The notes: a model not told the origin generated them from the letters alone. Positions 13,447 through 29,690 are shown, numbered from the stretch's first letter. The stretch is DNA of 64,000 nucleotides from Bugula neritina (GCA_964035545.1 OZ037773.1:10135751-10199750); one strand, 5' to 3'. Program-made: numbers and translations.

Positions 13447-15156
13447 TTATTTCTTGCCTCGATAATCACCAATACTGCCAGAAGCACTCTGGGTTTGTTT
13501 CTCAGCACCAACACCCCATCTCCATCGGCAGTGAGAATTCTCATATTTACAGTATCTTGTTCTCATCTGCTTGTAACATTCATCTTTCCTACTCACCCAG
13601 CTAGACCAGTCACTCCACACTCCATCAACTACAGCAATATATTATATGAAAGCTTTGTAATTATAACAATATTTATGCAATATAACAATTATAGAAGGAG
13701 CAGCAGTGGCTTAGGGTTATAGCGCTCTATAGATCAATGGTTTAAATGGGGTAATAAAGGCTATTGATGATGTTAGAAAGGATATCCACATAATTGCTTC
13801 TGCATGTGCTACATTAAAAATAAGTTTTCAGCTCGATTTAGCAAAAACCCTTTTCCATGAGGTTTTATTGAAAATAAATATATTAAATATGTATAAAATA
13901 AATGTTATATAATATATTATATATACATATATTATATTTTATATTTTGCTTTTTTTAATAAAATATTTTATTATACTTTTTTAAGTTTTGAAATGGACAT
14001 AAATAAAAATTGTATACTAATTTTGTGAAGTTAATATAAGAATACTATAATACACTAGTCGAAAATAGCTTTCAATTGCTATAATTAAGTACATAAGTTT
14101 TGTTTTTAAACTGCAACTTTAAAATAAACATTCTATCTATTGAAGTAGATCGGTTAAATAACCAAATTACCAAGCTTACCAGCACAGCACTGAGTGTTAC
14201 ACATTCGTCTGCTATAGTTACTTCCAACACATCTGGTAATGTCTCTTCCATACCCACCAGAAGGTTTAGTCTCACAGGATCTGTATCTTCTCTGTTCTCC
14301 ACCACCACATGTCTTACTACATGCTCCATACTTTCCCCATTGGCCCCATTCACGTATTAATACTGTAGATTATAAATATCACCACAATTCAAAATTAGTA
14401 AAAATGAACATCACTGTCATGGGTAAAGATAAGCACCAATTATATGAAAATAGAAACTGAGTAGAGTTTAAGTTCTTGAACGTCACGTAGTCGAATTGTA
14501 TAAATATATGTAAACATCAGAAGCATAAAAACTCACCACTCTGATGATAGTCGCCATGTTGGAAGTTATATAAATATCCTCTGTCATAACCCTCTGTCAG
14601 TGAACCTGAATATTCAAATGTAATGAGATTATATTATGTTAGGTTACAAATTCAGGATTGTATTATATACAAAAAAATAATGGCTTTCAACATCACAGCT
14701 TTCTAAGCATCATATTTTAATTTGAATAATACGTAATATATATTATGTATAGATCACCCAAAGCAAAAGTAAACTTAGCAAATGTACTTACATAGAAATA
14801 AAACCAAGGAGAGGAAAATCAGTATTTTCATGGCTACAAGTTTATGAAAAGAGTATAGAATGTTGTATAACTATAATAATAACTACCGTTCATGTATGAG
14901 TTATATTATATAATGGCGGTGAATTGTTTGCATATATGTTTTGCATAAATATTCAACAACTATTGATAAAATATTTAAAGCCTTATCTCAATATAAAGCA
15001 AATTGTTATAGTGATGTGTAAAAGTGTATGCAGTAATAAAAGAAATTTTGAAATAAAGCAACAGGTAATAATTTCCTCTTTAGTATGTTTGTTAGCAACA
15101 TATAACAAGCAAAGTATTTATAGCTGAAATAATTATATTGACAGTAACTCACCCAT
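13447..15156 (-). CDS. Family A secreted TSR protein A5, 159 aa; exons 15156..15153, 14833..14792, 14605..14537, 14362..14180, 13628..13447
   Basis: Open spliced frame: MAMKILIFLSLVLFLCSLTEG-YDRGYLYNFQHGDYHQS-VLIREWGQWGKYGACSKTCGGG...CNTQCCA-VDGVWSDWSSW...CKYENSHCRWRWGVGAEKQ...DYRGKK*. Confidence 0.87.
13699..13868 (+). mobile_element. Degenerate tRNA-derived SINE-like remnant, within the last intron of A5
   Basis: A-box-like AGTGGCTTAGGGTT; core GGCTATTGATGATGTTAGAAAGGATATCC..CATAATTGCT is shared with the copy at 27960-28130. Confidence 0.5.
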
Positions 15157-16616
15157 ATAGTGTGCTTTGCTTTTTTCACTGCTTCATTAGTCAAGAGGAT
15201 AGACAGAAATGATAAAACACATTTTTATTATCTAATTTTCTACGTATACTTTCAAAGAATCAATTAACAGCTATATAAACAATCAATTGAAAGTGACAAA
15301 CTGTTAGATGCATTGCACAATGAATCATTTGAAAGAATAGTTGACAATATTTTGTATGGCTTAATAAAATATGTTTGAAGTTTCAGAATCATGAGCCAAT
15401 TTCAAAAGATACAATAAAGGAATTATATATATATATAAATCACAAATTGACAGTATAAATTCCTTTCATCACAGTTTATTTATCAGTTTACGCAATCATC
15501 CAATTCATGTGGAAATAGTAACAATAAAGGAGTCAGTGGCTTCACAGATTTTTTAAAATAGATTTTAATAATATGTCACCATGTTTGACCTCTGAACCTA
15601 CTGAGTATACCTGCATCTGTTTTTTGTCTAGAATGTCCTCACTGTAAACTTTACAACATTTACATTTGATCCTTGCAATTGTAATATGATATTATATGCA
15701 GGTTTTGTAACAAAAACAGAACTTATGCTACAAACTAAAATATATTTTATTCCAAGATTAGAATATTTTAGTATAATTCATTAATATTTATAATTGGCAT
15801 ATAGTTACGGGTATTTGGATGTGTTGGCATTACCAAAAGATAAAGTTACATTTTCTTGAATGGCAGCTTTTTTTGCAATACAAAGAACTCTGTTTACAGT
15901 ATTAAAATATCCGTCTTCTTATTTTCACAAATTGAGTTAGATGTAGCATGGTCACTTTTTAACGCTGTGGTCCTGCGTGGGTGGTGGGTTGAGTCATATG
16001 TAGCATATACTAAATTATGTTGTAGCTCAAACTAATTGTACCAAATAATCATTATAATTATTAACAGCATAAGCCTATAATATGTTATAAAAGTGTTATA
16101 ATTTTAATCAGCAGACCGAAATATCTTGTAAATCTTATGGATTATGATATTATATAATTCCCCAGATATATTTTTAATTAAAATTACTTAGCTTAAATTT
16201 TTTTTGCTAAAAATTGCATAAATAATGGTTTTGTTCAACAATTGTAACACTACTACTGTATATTTGTTACTAACATAATCAGACGAACAGCAATTTGTCA
16301 CAGTTATTGACAATTGAGGATGTGTAATGACATATTATTACAAATTGAGGTTTGTGAAAAGCAATAAAAAATATTTGATGTATGATTTTATTGCGTTGAG
16401 GAGAAAGTGGTTTGACATAACATAAAAAAGGAAAAATTCACATTACTTAAGTTTTCTAGGTTAGGCTTTTATTTTAATATATATAGCAAAACACAAGTTC
16501 GTATAGATATACGAATCTTTATCTTTATTTATCTTGAAGCAACCTAATTTCAAAGAAGTTTCTTTACTGCACATTATGAAGAGTTTTATTAGGTGTCGAC
16601 CTGCACAAAGTGACCA

Positions 16617-18146
16617 TTACTTCTTGCCTGCTGGGCCTCCATAATCTCCAATGTTGCCAGAAGCACTTTTGGTTTGTTTGTCAGCACCAACACACTGTCT
16701 CCCTCGGCAGTGATGATTCTCATATCTACAGTATCTTGTCCTCATCTGTTTGTAACATTCATCTTTCCTACTCACCCAGCTAGACCAGTCACTCCACACT
16801 CCATCAACTACAGCAGTTCAAGAATCATTTTTAACCTGTCTACACGTGACAAATATGTTTAAATGTTTTAATTTGTAAAGCTTCTCGCATAACAGTAGAT
16901 CTAAAATTTCCTAAATTTATATATTTACAATAAAAGTTGTAATAAGCCAAAGCTATGAGTTTATTATTACGTGCATTTAAAATTATTTTAATACCCTTTG
17001 GTGCTAATAAGGCCTCTCATGCATATTTCTATAAATAATGCTAAATAGCCTCCCGTACACCTCTATAATAATACATCCTTAATAAGTATATTTTTATACT
17101 AAAGGTTTTTTACAAATATATATTACAATGAGGTTTAAGATTTTACCTGGACAGCATTGAGTGTTACACATACGTCTGCTATAGTTACTTCTAACTCATC
17201 TGTTAATGTCTCTTCCATATCCGCCAGAAGGTTTAGTCTCACAGGATCTGCATCTTCTCTTTTCTCCACCACCACATGTCTTACTACATGCTCCATATTC
17301 TCCCCATTGGCCCCATTCACGTATTACTGTAGATCAGAAATATTACCACAACTCAAGAAGATTAAATGTGAATATGATCGTTAAAAGTAAAAATGTAACT
17401 ACCATGATTTTGAGCATATACGCTGAGAAGAGTTCTAACTTGGCTTCTTGATTTGTGTACATGAAAATACAACAAGTATAAACATTAAGGGTATATGAAC
17501 ACACCGCTGCGATGATAGTTGCCATTCGGTCGATTATAGTACATTCTACCAAAGCCATAGCCATCTGTCAACAAACCTAAACATTTAAATATATTGGTTT
17601 AATATTATATATCATACTTTGAGAATGAGATTATATATCATACAATAGTGTTTTTCAAAATCATGGTTTAATAAACTTCTTCTTTAAATCTAAATAATAA
17701 ATCATCTTCATAATATTATATAGATTAGGATGTTAACATAAGTAAGTTAGCAAATACTTACATAGAGCTGATGCCAAGGACAAGAAAACCAATATGTTCA
17801 TGGCTAAAAATTTAATCGAAAACACATAAATAGAAATAGTCAAATAGTGTAATCATATCAGAATACAACTTCATGTATGTTAATGTATAACTCGCATTAT
17901 GTATAATAGTAGTGAATAATTATAAGTATAATATGTAAAAATTCAACAGCCATTCATAAAATATATAATACCTTACTTATAGCGTGTCTCATATAAACAA
18001 ACATATATATGGTGAAGTGTAAAACAGGTGCGGAATAAAGATAAAAATTGTAAATTAAACAGAAGACAACTTTTTAAGAACACCAAGTGTAATATTAATA
18101 CACAATACAACTGTGTGAAAATATATCTGAGAAAGAGCTCACCCAT
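16617..18146 (-). pseudogene. Family A copy A6 with an in-frame TGA replacing a TSR1 cysteine; exons 18146..18143, 17803..17762, 17576..17505, 17326..17147, 16807..16617
   Basis: All exons are present (MAMNILVFLSLASALCLLTDG-YGFGRMYYNRPNGNYHRS-TSR1-TSR2...GGPAGKK*), but AGA TGT GTT GGA of the paralogs reads AGA TGA GTT AGA (TGA at 17198-17196). Confidence 0.8.
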
Positions 18147-18739
18147 GGTGTGCTACGTTTTCCTTGCTTCACTAATCAAGTGGGTATACTGCTTAGAATA
18201 TGAGAGGTTGAAGTGATGAAACACATTTTGATTATTTACTTTTATACACTTTGAGAGAATCAAATAAAAAGCTGATGGGCATCTAAAAAAGGATTGTAGA
18301 AATTTTCTGATGCAATGCAAAATGAGTTATTTGAACTTTAATTTACTTGTCAACGTTTTGAATAATTTTGTAATGTTATTGGTTTTAAATTGATGCATAT
18401 AGTTGGTTTTATGGTAATTTTATAAAATTCGGAGCCAAGTTCAACAGACATGACCCTAGCTTTTATTGTAGCAAAATAATATATGATGGAAAATAAAAAA
18501 TAGGTCAACAAGAAGTATTTTCCACCACAGTTTATTTATTAGGTTATGCAATCATGCCATTGTTGTGGAACTGACAACAATAAAGGAGTCAGTGACCGTA
18601 AAGCTTCTTAAAATATATATTTTAATATTATATATATGTGTGTGTGTGCGTCCGTGAGTGCGGGTGTGAGTGTGTGTGTATTTTTTAAAATATTTAAAAG
18701 TTTTTTGCTGGTGTCATTCTAGAATACATATTCTATAAC

Positions 18740-19805
18740 CAATTTGTTTATTACTGTTTAATGTAAAAAACAACTGACAATATAATCAAGTATTAATCTG
18801 ATTATTTTCACTATTTGTAATATCTGGATCAAACAAGTTATTTACTAAGTCATTGACTTTTGAATTGAGATTTGAAATGTGAAAGACAATGAGCTGTGTA
18901 GATCATTAATAAAATTGTCTGCATGGTTAGAAATATTTTACTTTCCACAAACACTTTGAAATATCATGACTTGCATGTTTGTCAGAAATATTGTAAATTT
19001 CTCTTATATATTGCAAGATTTTGACACATCATCAAAAGATTTTTTGAGCTTTCAAGTGGTCTGCTTTTTGGCATTATTATGCAAGTTCCACTTTTGCCAT
19101 ATGTGACCATGTAATCAGTTAATATGTTCCTCAATATCATAAATTGTGTTCACTCATACTTTAATTCAAACTATTTGCTATAACAAATGATTACTCTTCA
19201 AATTTCAGATAATATAAAATAAAATATCCTAAAGAAAGTAATTATACATATTATGCATATAATTTGCTGTTTCAGTTTTGCAGACATAATAGTTAAAGTG
19301 TATTTGCATAAAATACCTGTATAAAAATTACCAATTTCTAATTCTAAAGCTTTTCAGTTAAACTTTGAAGTTTTATTATATACTTAGCTCACAGTAAAAG
19401 TGTTATGTGCAATTAAATTAATTAATCATATTATACAGTATACTTATGTTCATGAATGATGATGCAGTAATAATATTTCAAATTCTTCAGAAACCTAAAA
19501 CAGGTAAATGTAGCTTTAAATAAAGCTGTGCGTGACAGACAACCTAATTTTGAGGCGTAGAACAATACATATTCTTAGCAAAATTAATAATTTGGTATTT
19601 TGAAATAAAGTTGCAATGCAAAATTATTGACAGCTTTTATATACTATTTGGGCAGTTAGATGTAATTCTCTTATTGATGTGATGTAGCCCAGTGTCTAGC
19701 TATAACGGGGTGAAGGACCCCTTTTTAATCCTTTGATTTCACTTAGATGAACATTTCTCATCACTTTATTGCTTTAAAATTCTGACATATAAATAAATCA
19801 AACCT
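18740..19805 (-). repeat. Diverged inverted copy of the intergenic region ~1805-3060
   Basis: Reverse-complement matches, e.g. 19750-19800 vs 1810-1858, 19505-19580 vs 1895-1968, 18770-18870 vs 2943-3045. Confidence 0.75.
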
Positions 19806-20038
19806 TCAACTTGTTTTCATATCAACATGGTTCAAAGAGCCTAATTACTTCCCATTTATTGGCAATAAATATGTAAATAATAAATTCTGAAGGTAAATGA
19901 AATATTGTAATTGATGATACAAAGGTTGTGTGACAGTATATCAAAACAGTAATTTACAGAGTATATAAAGCAGACTTCAAATCTCTTCTTTATTATTACC
20001 TGTTTGTACTTCACAGTTAAATAAATATAGGAAGGAGA

Positions 20039-21276
20039 ATGGGTAAGTCAATTTTATGCATGGAAACTTACTTTATTTTAAAAATCTTTTGATATGTTAA
20101 TAAACTTGTTTTTATTAAATGTTTGCTATAAAAACTATAAAACCTATTGTGTATTATAGTGTTTTGTTTAAAAATAAATTATTTGCCTTATAAATATTGT
20201 ATCTCCTAATTTTAATTTAACATTTTAGATTCCATGCAGAGTTGTTTTGTTTTTGACGCTGGCTTTATACATATGTAAGTACTAATATCAAAGTTTTGCA
20301 AACAAATAGAATATACTTTTTTTATCAAGAATAATTTTTAAATTAAGGTTATATAAATTTAATTGATTTTTAAAAATACCGTTGCTACATTTATCCAATC
20401 TAATACTTTCTATGTATACATTTATTTAAATTATACTGCTAATTGTGTATTTAAATAGTATATGAGGCCTTAATTGTTTTTGATGCTACTTTATCTGTAA
20501 GTTGAGTTTTCTATATTCATTTAGATAAGCCAAATAGTAAAAATTATTTTCTAGTTTACGTCTTTTTATTATCAATATATATAAATATATTGACTTCATA
20601 CTTTCACTTTTATAGACTCTTTGACAGAGGGGTATCTCCCAGAGCAGCACGGTAGTAAGTGGTCATACTCTTAACTAAGAAAACTAGGGTCTGGAATTGT
20701 TATATTTACACTATAATCAATTAGCCAAGTTCAAACCTATTGTCTTATGCATGTATAACTATTACATCAACTTGCTAATCTAAGAATAAAAATTATTATC
20801 TGTTCAAACAAAGAATATTTTTAAATACATGGAAAAAATTAGGTCAAAATATATTTAAATTCAAATTCAAGCAAATCATGAAGACTATTAAATATATATT
20901 TTTTAAAAACAAACAGAATAACCCTTCTTTGCTAATCATTTGTTTGAGCATTAAGGATATTTTAGTTATCATCATAGTGGTGGGTTTCTATGCATTTACC
21001 AAATAATGGTGCATATTGTTACTCTTAACTTTCATAGAAATGACATCCTTGTTTACTGATCTTGAGTTGTGGTAATATGTCTAATTTACAGTAATACGTG
21101 AATGGGGCCAATGGACCAAGTACGGAGCATGTAGTAAAACATGTGGTGGTGGAGAACAGATTAGATTCAGAGACTGCGTGAGACTAAACCTACCGGCACA
21201 TTTGCAATAGACATTAACAGATGTCTTGGAAATAACTATTATAGCATACGCAGGTGTAACCAGCAATACTGTCCAG
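20039..21276 (+). pseudogene. Family A pseudogene A7 (A2-like 5' end)
   Basis: ATGG/GT at 20039. The signal exon 20229..20274 has a 4-nt insertion (frameshift); exon 20616..20654 follows. The TSR1 exon 21092..21276 has a 2-nt frameshift (GACTGCGTGAGACT) and CC changed to YC. No TSR2 exon found downstream. Confidence 0.82.
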
Positions 21277-24026
21277 GTATAGAAACATGGTAACTCAGTA
21301 CAATTACTGTGAGAGGGGATTGAGATGAGTATAAATACCTAATTTCCACATTCTATAATAAGCAGACACCAGCCTGTATAAGGATCATATATGTGTGACA
21401 CTTCATTAGGTTGCGCTAGTTTTAGATTGAGCTATATTCTAGTATATATATAGGATGGTATTTATCTTTCAGCTCCTTATAGCCATGTCTATATAACCAT
21501 AGATATGGAAAACAGAATGTATTTGTAAAGAGTTCACACTTTACCTCAGCATACAGAGAACAATAAGTACGACCTATATAACTCGCTCAGCAAAATAATC
21601 TGAAAAAGAAGAAACAGAGATGTTGTATAAAACATGACAGCTTTTATTCTTATATAATATTATATGCACAACAAATAAATTGTATTAGAGCTGTTGACAT
21701 CATAAATTTACTTATATTTGGTTGCTGCCTTTTGTTTTATTTCATTTCCTCAAATAAACTTCAACAAATCTAATGAAAAACCTTGACGTTCTTAATTGGT
21801 CTCTCAACGAACACATTCATTCGGTCATTAGAAAAGATGCTATATAACTGATTTTACAGCAATTAATCAACACCAACACTGCTTTTATTCAGTTTTCGTG
21901 ACACACTAGACCACATAATAATCAACCTGAAATTATAGTATACCAACAAAATCTAACTAATAGTAATTTGAAGATAACAGTTTTAATTGTATTAATTGCA
22001 TGCAATCTAAGTCACTCGTAATTAAACAAGCTCATGTACCATCCAACCAAGATATAAACAATAATCTCCAGTTTTTGAGTGTAATTAGTTTATATATAAA
22101 AATAATTATATTTTGTAGTCAAAATATATAAAATTTTCTATATTCTTATTTTTGTTTAATCAATAAAAAGATTTCCGTTTAATATTCCAGACTTTACATT
22201 ACAGTTTTTGTCTATAACTTTGCAAATAGTGGTTTCAATACTAGCTAGATAATTTAGCTGATAAATGACAAGACAAATTATATGCATAAGTTACAGCTAG
22301 CAGTGAAATTAGCTAAGTTGATAAAATTCTGTTTTTGAATGTTTTAAGAAAGCAGCCAAACTAAAAGCCGCACATTACGTATAGGACCTATTTTGAAATG
22401 CTGCATGCATTTCTTTGCAATTAATCAATATTTAATATTTTAATCAAAATTTTTATGTCAATAGAATAATTTTCCAACTGGTCTTCAGTTTTTTTCTTTG
22501 CTCTGAAAATTACATGATTGCATGAAATGTGTGTGTGTCATGCAGTGCAGTGTAAGTATCACGTATGTTTGTGGAATATTTTATTTTTTAAATCTACTAT
22601 TTATCTAAATAATTTTTTTAATAATTGATTAAATGAAAATAACTATAGAAGCTAGTATATATTAAATTGATGTAGCCTAACATATGTGTGCAGCTTACAT
22701 TATATAATAAATATTATATTGTTACTATAATCTGGTACTTTTATCATTTATTAGTGTACCAAATGGAACATAAACAATATATAGTGTGGGAAATTTTAAA
22801 TGTCTTTTGAGATATACAAGTAATGCTTTAAATAAATGTCATAATATTTTGCTTGTTCGGAGTCGTTTACACTTCTTGTTTATTGCCATTTTATAGTTGC
22901 AGTTTTCTTTTGATAAATTTACTTGCATTAAATTTATTATATTAAAGAGTTTCCTTCTCATGATCAAAATCACTCTTATAAAGATTTGTTTTCCAGACTT
23001 GTAATTCTTACATCTGTATACACTTGAGAAGTTGTGCTCTCACCATCGTACTACTATTGGCAAATCTTAAATCAAATATTGGATAACAATGCATTTGTAA
23101 AACTTGTGAAAAAGTAATGTTTTTTTAGAGTTGAGAGTAGAAATTTGCAAAATTAAAATAGCTAGAAAGTCAATCTATTGTTTACTGTTATATAGGTACA
23201 AAAGTGTTGTCCTAATAAAACATTGGATAATTATGATTATCACTATATTAGAATATATATTATTATAAGACAAATTGTGCCAGCTCCAGCGCCAACTATA
23301 ATTAATTATTAAATAAATTTTATTCAAAATAATGCCGCAATATGAGCTTGTATTTTCCTTTGCACATTTTATGACTTAAATATTGCTTCTTGAGTCATAA
23401 CGTTTAGGAATTGTACTAAGACTAAATAATGAGAATAAAATTGATTGATTTCTTGTGTATTTTTAATAATCACATAAAGCTGTATTTTATTATAACTTGA
23501 GATAATCATTATTGTATTATATGCTTTTTAAAGTCCATATAAATTATTGTGCAGTACATGATAATAATATTGTGTTGCTGCTATAGGATGTAGTGTAAAG
23601 CTGTGATTATATAGAAGCATGACATTATAGAAGTTTACCGCGTGACAATGTAGAGGTGTTACCATATAATGTATAGTGAAACAAAGAAAATGCAACAACC
23701 AATATTGCTGAGTATTTTGAGAAAATTTCGTTTATTTCAATTTATGTAAATTCATTCTTTATTTCATTTAATTTTTCAAAAAAGTCATTAGAAAATTTAA
23801 AAGTAGCATTAGTATATATACTTTTTTCAACATCTACCCATAGAGTGAAATATAAAATCCCACATGCAATAATTACTGCTGATACTATACTGCAAACTAT
23901 TGTGTAGTTATGGTTATTAATCTAAAGTTTTTATTTCGTTTTCAGAAGTTGGTAGTGTTCATTTTGCGGTCATGCAGATTAGAATGGTAAAGCAATGAGG
24001 TGTTCCAAAAAAGATCTGTGTTGGCT

Positions 24027-25787
<1,761 letters not shown>

Positions 25788-25860
25788 TTTTATTTACGAG
25801 ATGCTCACTCTTGTGACTAAGAACACAGAATAATGTGCTTTGAAGTGAACGCTAAGTTTA

Positions 25861-25868
25861 TTTATATA
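25861..25868 (-). promoter_or_regulatory. TATA box of the Trp-periodic peptide gene
   Basis: TATATAAA on the minus strand about 75-80 nt upstream of the ATG at 25787, similar to the spacing in the other cluster genes. Confidence 0.5.
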
Positions 25869-27959
25869 TTTTTCTACATCCCCAACTAGTTGGTTTAACA
25901 GCAAGCTTAGTGCACTCACCCGGTTAATATTTCCTTTAGCAAAAAAGACCAATATAATGTCTCCTTAATTTTTCATGTAGTCTTTTTTGCATAAAGCATA
26001 CAGCTTATAATAAGTACATTTATTTTACTTTAACACTTGGGATTATCTTGCAATTTTTTTAGTCCTGTTTATTGTTTTTGGCAGCTTTCCTCCAGTCAAT
26101 TATTTTACAAGAATATAACAATCAACTTCTGTTTCACTCAAGGTTACTGCAAAACCACGTGTTTTTGTTTGTAGATTTGCAAAAATGACTCTGTAGTAAA
26201 TATAGTAAATATATTTGTTATAGTAAATATATATTTTCAGTACTCAATCTACTTTATATTTGCTTGCTATAAACAAAAATGGTAAACAGAATTGTGCATC
26301 TAGATTACAGATAGTGCATTAAAAATGTTGCGATTGTATAAAGACTTCCACAAAGCACTACTTTTACATAAAAGTTGGTTGTTAAACTGAGATAAGATTA
26401 TTAGTTGACAATAAGTATAATTAAAACTGTAAATATCTGCTTGAGCCAATATAATCTCATAATCACACAACAGGTTGATGACTCATGTCAAACAAAATAA
26501 AAGATATTATAATAATATTTCGTTTATACATCTTTAAAACTCCTAAGTAATATCTTAATAACAAGGAAACAAAAGCTTTGCTATGACATAAAGATCGCAA
26601 TTTCATCATAAAAGAGCAGACAAAGAATGGGATTATCAATATTCTTCTGTTATGAAACTGCAGATTATATCTAACTGATGTTTTTCATACGCCCTAAGTT
26701 CCTGAAGCTATGAATATATGGTGCTGACAATTTAAAGAATTAGATTATTGTCTCACTGAGTTATCATCACATTAATTTAGAACTTTTACTAAACAATGAT
26801 TTCCCAAGTCTATGCTTACTAGCTAATAAAACAGAATTTCAAAATTTAAATTATAAAAAAATTAATTAGGCCAATTTTAGCTAAATCATAATCAGAGATT
26901 GTCTTTTTTTGATATTGTAGCAACAAACCACTTAATGATTTTTGTTATGAAATTTCGTTACTTAACAGTTTGAATAATTTGAACAATGCTCACCCCACTT
27001 TTTATGTTTAGTTTCGCATTAATGTAAATAAGGCTAAGCACATTGTATATTGATTAGATAAATAATTTTGACTAGCAGAAGAAGTCGACTTAAAAAAACT
27101 TTAGTTAAAATCAACTTTTGTGTTTATAAGAAAGGAAGAGTTTTATTATAATAAAAAATCTTTAAAAGTATTAGTACTAACAAGCAATAGTTGATGCACA
27201 AACATGAATGACCTTTAGACTTTGGAAGGAATAGCTAAGTGTAACTTATTTATTCATTGAAAAATTCTTTCGCAATAAATATATTATAACAACTGCAATA
27301 TAATGGTTATTATTAGTAGCAAACTTCAAACATTCTCATGAGATGGACAAGTGATGCTTCCACTAAGGTGCTCACAAGCCTTCCTTGAAGTCATTTCCAC
27401 TTCTCATGTTTCACAACATTTAGCAGCTTCCTATAATTTATTTTATTATAATGAAGAGTTGTTTTTCCATCATCAAAATTTACTTTGTTTAGGAATTATT
27501 TTTTTATAATTCTGATTTCTATTGAGTTAGGAAGTTATGTTCTCATAGCGTTGGGAACACGACATTTCAAATTCATATGGAAGCAAACCTGACACGGTTG
27601 ATTGAATGCTAGTTTACTGCAATCTGTCCAAGTTTATAGTGTAACTATTATAGCAGTCAATAAATCACCAGCATTAATCAGTTTTAAATGCCCTAATAGC
27701 GAGATGCAAGCCGTAACCCTTAATATATAAAACCATGCAATGATGGAAACTGCAATACAACAGTTTCTGGGCAAACAGCAGTTTATAATGTCATTGCAAC
27801 TTTGTAAGAATTAAAACTATATATTCAACTTGTATAGTTTAGTTCTCCACTTTCACCATACTTCAGAGGAGCGCTGAAGCATTCAATTTTTTTAAAATTG
27901 ATAAGATAAGGAGAGCAAATGATTAGCAATTCTCACTTAATGAGTGCAGCATTTATAAG

Positions 27960-28130
27960 GAAGTAGACGTGGTTAGAGGTCAAGGGTCTGAGATCATGGG
28001 TTTGAGCCCAGGCAAAGGCCATTGGTGATGTTAGGAGGAGCATCCAGTCATAATTGCTCTTGTGCCTCATTTAAATGAGTCCTTGGTCCTTTTTAACAAC
28101 AACCCTTTCTATCAGGGGTTTCTCATAGAG
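27960..28130 (+). mobile_element. Degenerate tRNA-derived SINE-like element
   Basis: B-box-like GGGTTTGAGCCC, then core GGCCATTGGTGATGTTAGGAGGAGCATCCAGTCATAATTGCT; related copy at 13699-13868. Confidence 0.55.
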
Positions 28131-29623
28131 ATAATGACTATAAACTTGCGTGAAGTTTTTAATGAGTGAAGCATTTGCACTGCTTACCTAACCATAGAGT
28201 ATGCTGAAAGCTAAGAAACAAGCCATATACTCATATATAGTTGCCTATGGAAAGTTTTTATAACACTACTTGAGCTTAGCAATGTCAATTGCTTTAGACT
28301 ACATCTAAATTTTAAAAAAAATTGATGTTATTTCCTAAAATGTTGTTAGCAAACTAAATACATGCCTACACGTTTTACATTATATTTTTATTTTGGCTTA
28401 CAACATATCACTATATTTCTAGCCAACATTTATGCAATATTGCAGTGATAATTATATATTTTGTTTTCACCCAAATTAATACTGTCAATTATGACATAAA
28501 AGGCCTTTGAGATTGTACAGTGTTGGCTAGAACATTTATCTAACTGGCCAGTGTGTAGCTTATAACAAAATATTCTATAGTATTATTTATTTCTTTGTTG
28601 GGTTAGTTATTAAAATTTTCAAAGTGGCCGGCTGGTTCATTTTCTCTGAGAATCTCCAGTACCTCAAAATAAGTTACTTTTCAGCCTGGAGAAATGTAGT
28701 AGCTTCAACACTATATATTGCGTCACTTCTGCTTTTAAGGTTTGCTTTGCTTTATATTCTTATGAAGATGGCTGAATACTCACTGCACATTTAAACCGTA
28801 CTATTTGAACTTAACTATGTATAATCCTAACTATATATCCTAACTACATGTATGTCTTAATATAATGCCCTATGCTATATTCTCCTAAATAATATATCAC
28901 CTATAGTTCAACTATGCCATGTGTTATGCGTATGTTTTAACTATATTACAACTATAATATTTTCCTATAACTATACTTGTCAACTTAATTTCTTGTTTGA
29001 TGGGATACCTCAAACTATAACGTTGCTGTAAGTAATTAATCTAATTAGAGAGACAAATGCAAGCTTTGTAGTGTTGATCATAGTGATTATCAAAATCTAT
29101 AACAACAGCTTTATACAGCCTTGAGGGTAAACACTAGGAAACAGAATAACTGCATGGAGCCAGGCTAAAAATTTTCACTTCAATTCTCTGAAATGCATCT
29201 GTTTTCTATATTTAAAATTATCAAACTAATTATTGATAAAAATATGATTTATTGTTGATATGACAGCCCAGCATATAGGAGTTGTACCTATAATATCTCC
29301 TATTATATCCTGTTATACCCTGTTATACACATCAAATCATAAATCATTAAAGAGTCATATTTTATAATGAAATGGGAAGTAATGACAGTTAAATTTAGAA
29401 AAAGATTTCTAGCTATCTGGTAAGACTTTCAAATTAATTGTCAAACAAATAAATTACAACACTTATTGTTTTGCCAAATTCTGTCACTCAGATTTTATTT
29501 GTTTCCATTTTAGTTTCGCAAAAAACTTAGAATAAAACTTTTGGATGCAACACGTACCTTAGTCAACGCCAAATATTTCTATTTATGCAACGAGTTTTAT
29601 AACTGAATTTGAGACAGGACAGG

Positions 29624-29659
29624 TATATAAAAGCAAGGATCTGCAAGGTAAAATCAGTT
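29624..29659 (+). promoter_or_regulatory. Core promoter of B1: TATATAAAA plus TCAGTT initiator
   Basis: TATA at 29624, TCAGTT at 29654 (30 nt spacing), ATG at 29691. Confidence 0.75.
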
Positions 29660-29690
29660 CACACTCAACAGCTGAATCTATCTCAACAAC

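Larger units (their letters stand above)
8835..16372. repeat. Inverted segmental duplication: ~8835-11045 (+) versus ~14177-16372 (-), extending with more divergence to ~7300-8830 versus ~16810-18270
   Basis: Long stretches match by reverse complement (e.g. 9577-9762 vs 15458-15645; exons and introns of A4 vs A5; last intron of A3 vs A6). Confidence 0.88.

Noticed and set aside
28800-28975. TAACTAT-rich quasi-periodic tract
   Set aside because: Degenerate low-complexity sequence with no consistent unit, termini or coding signal.
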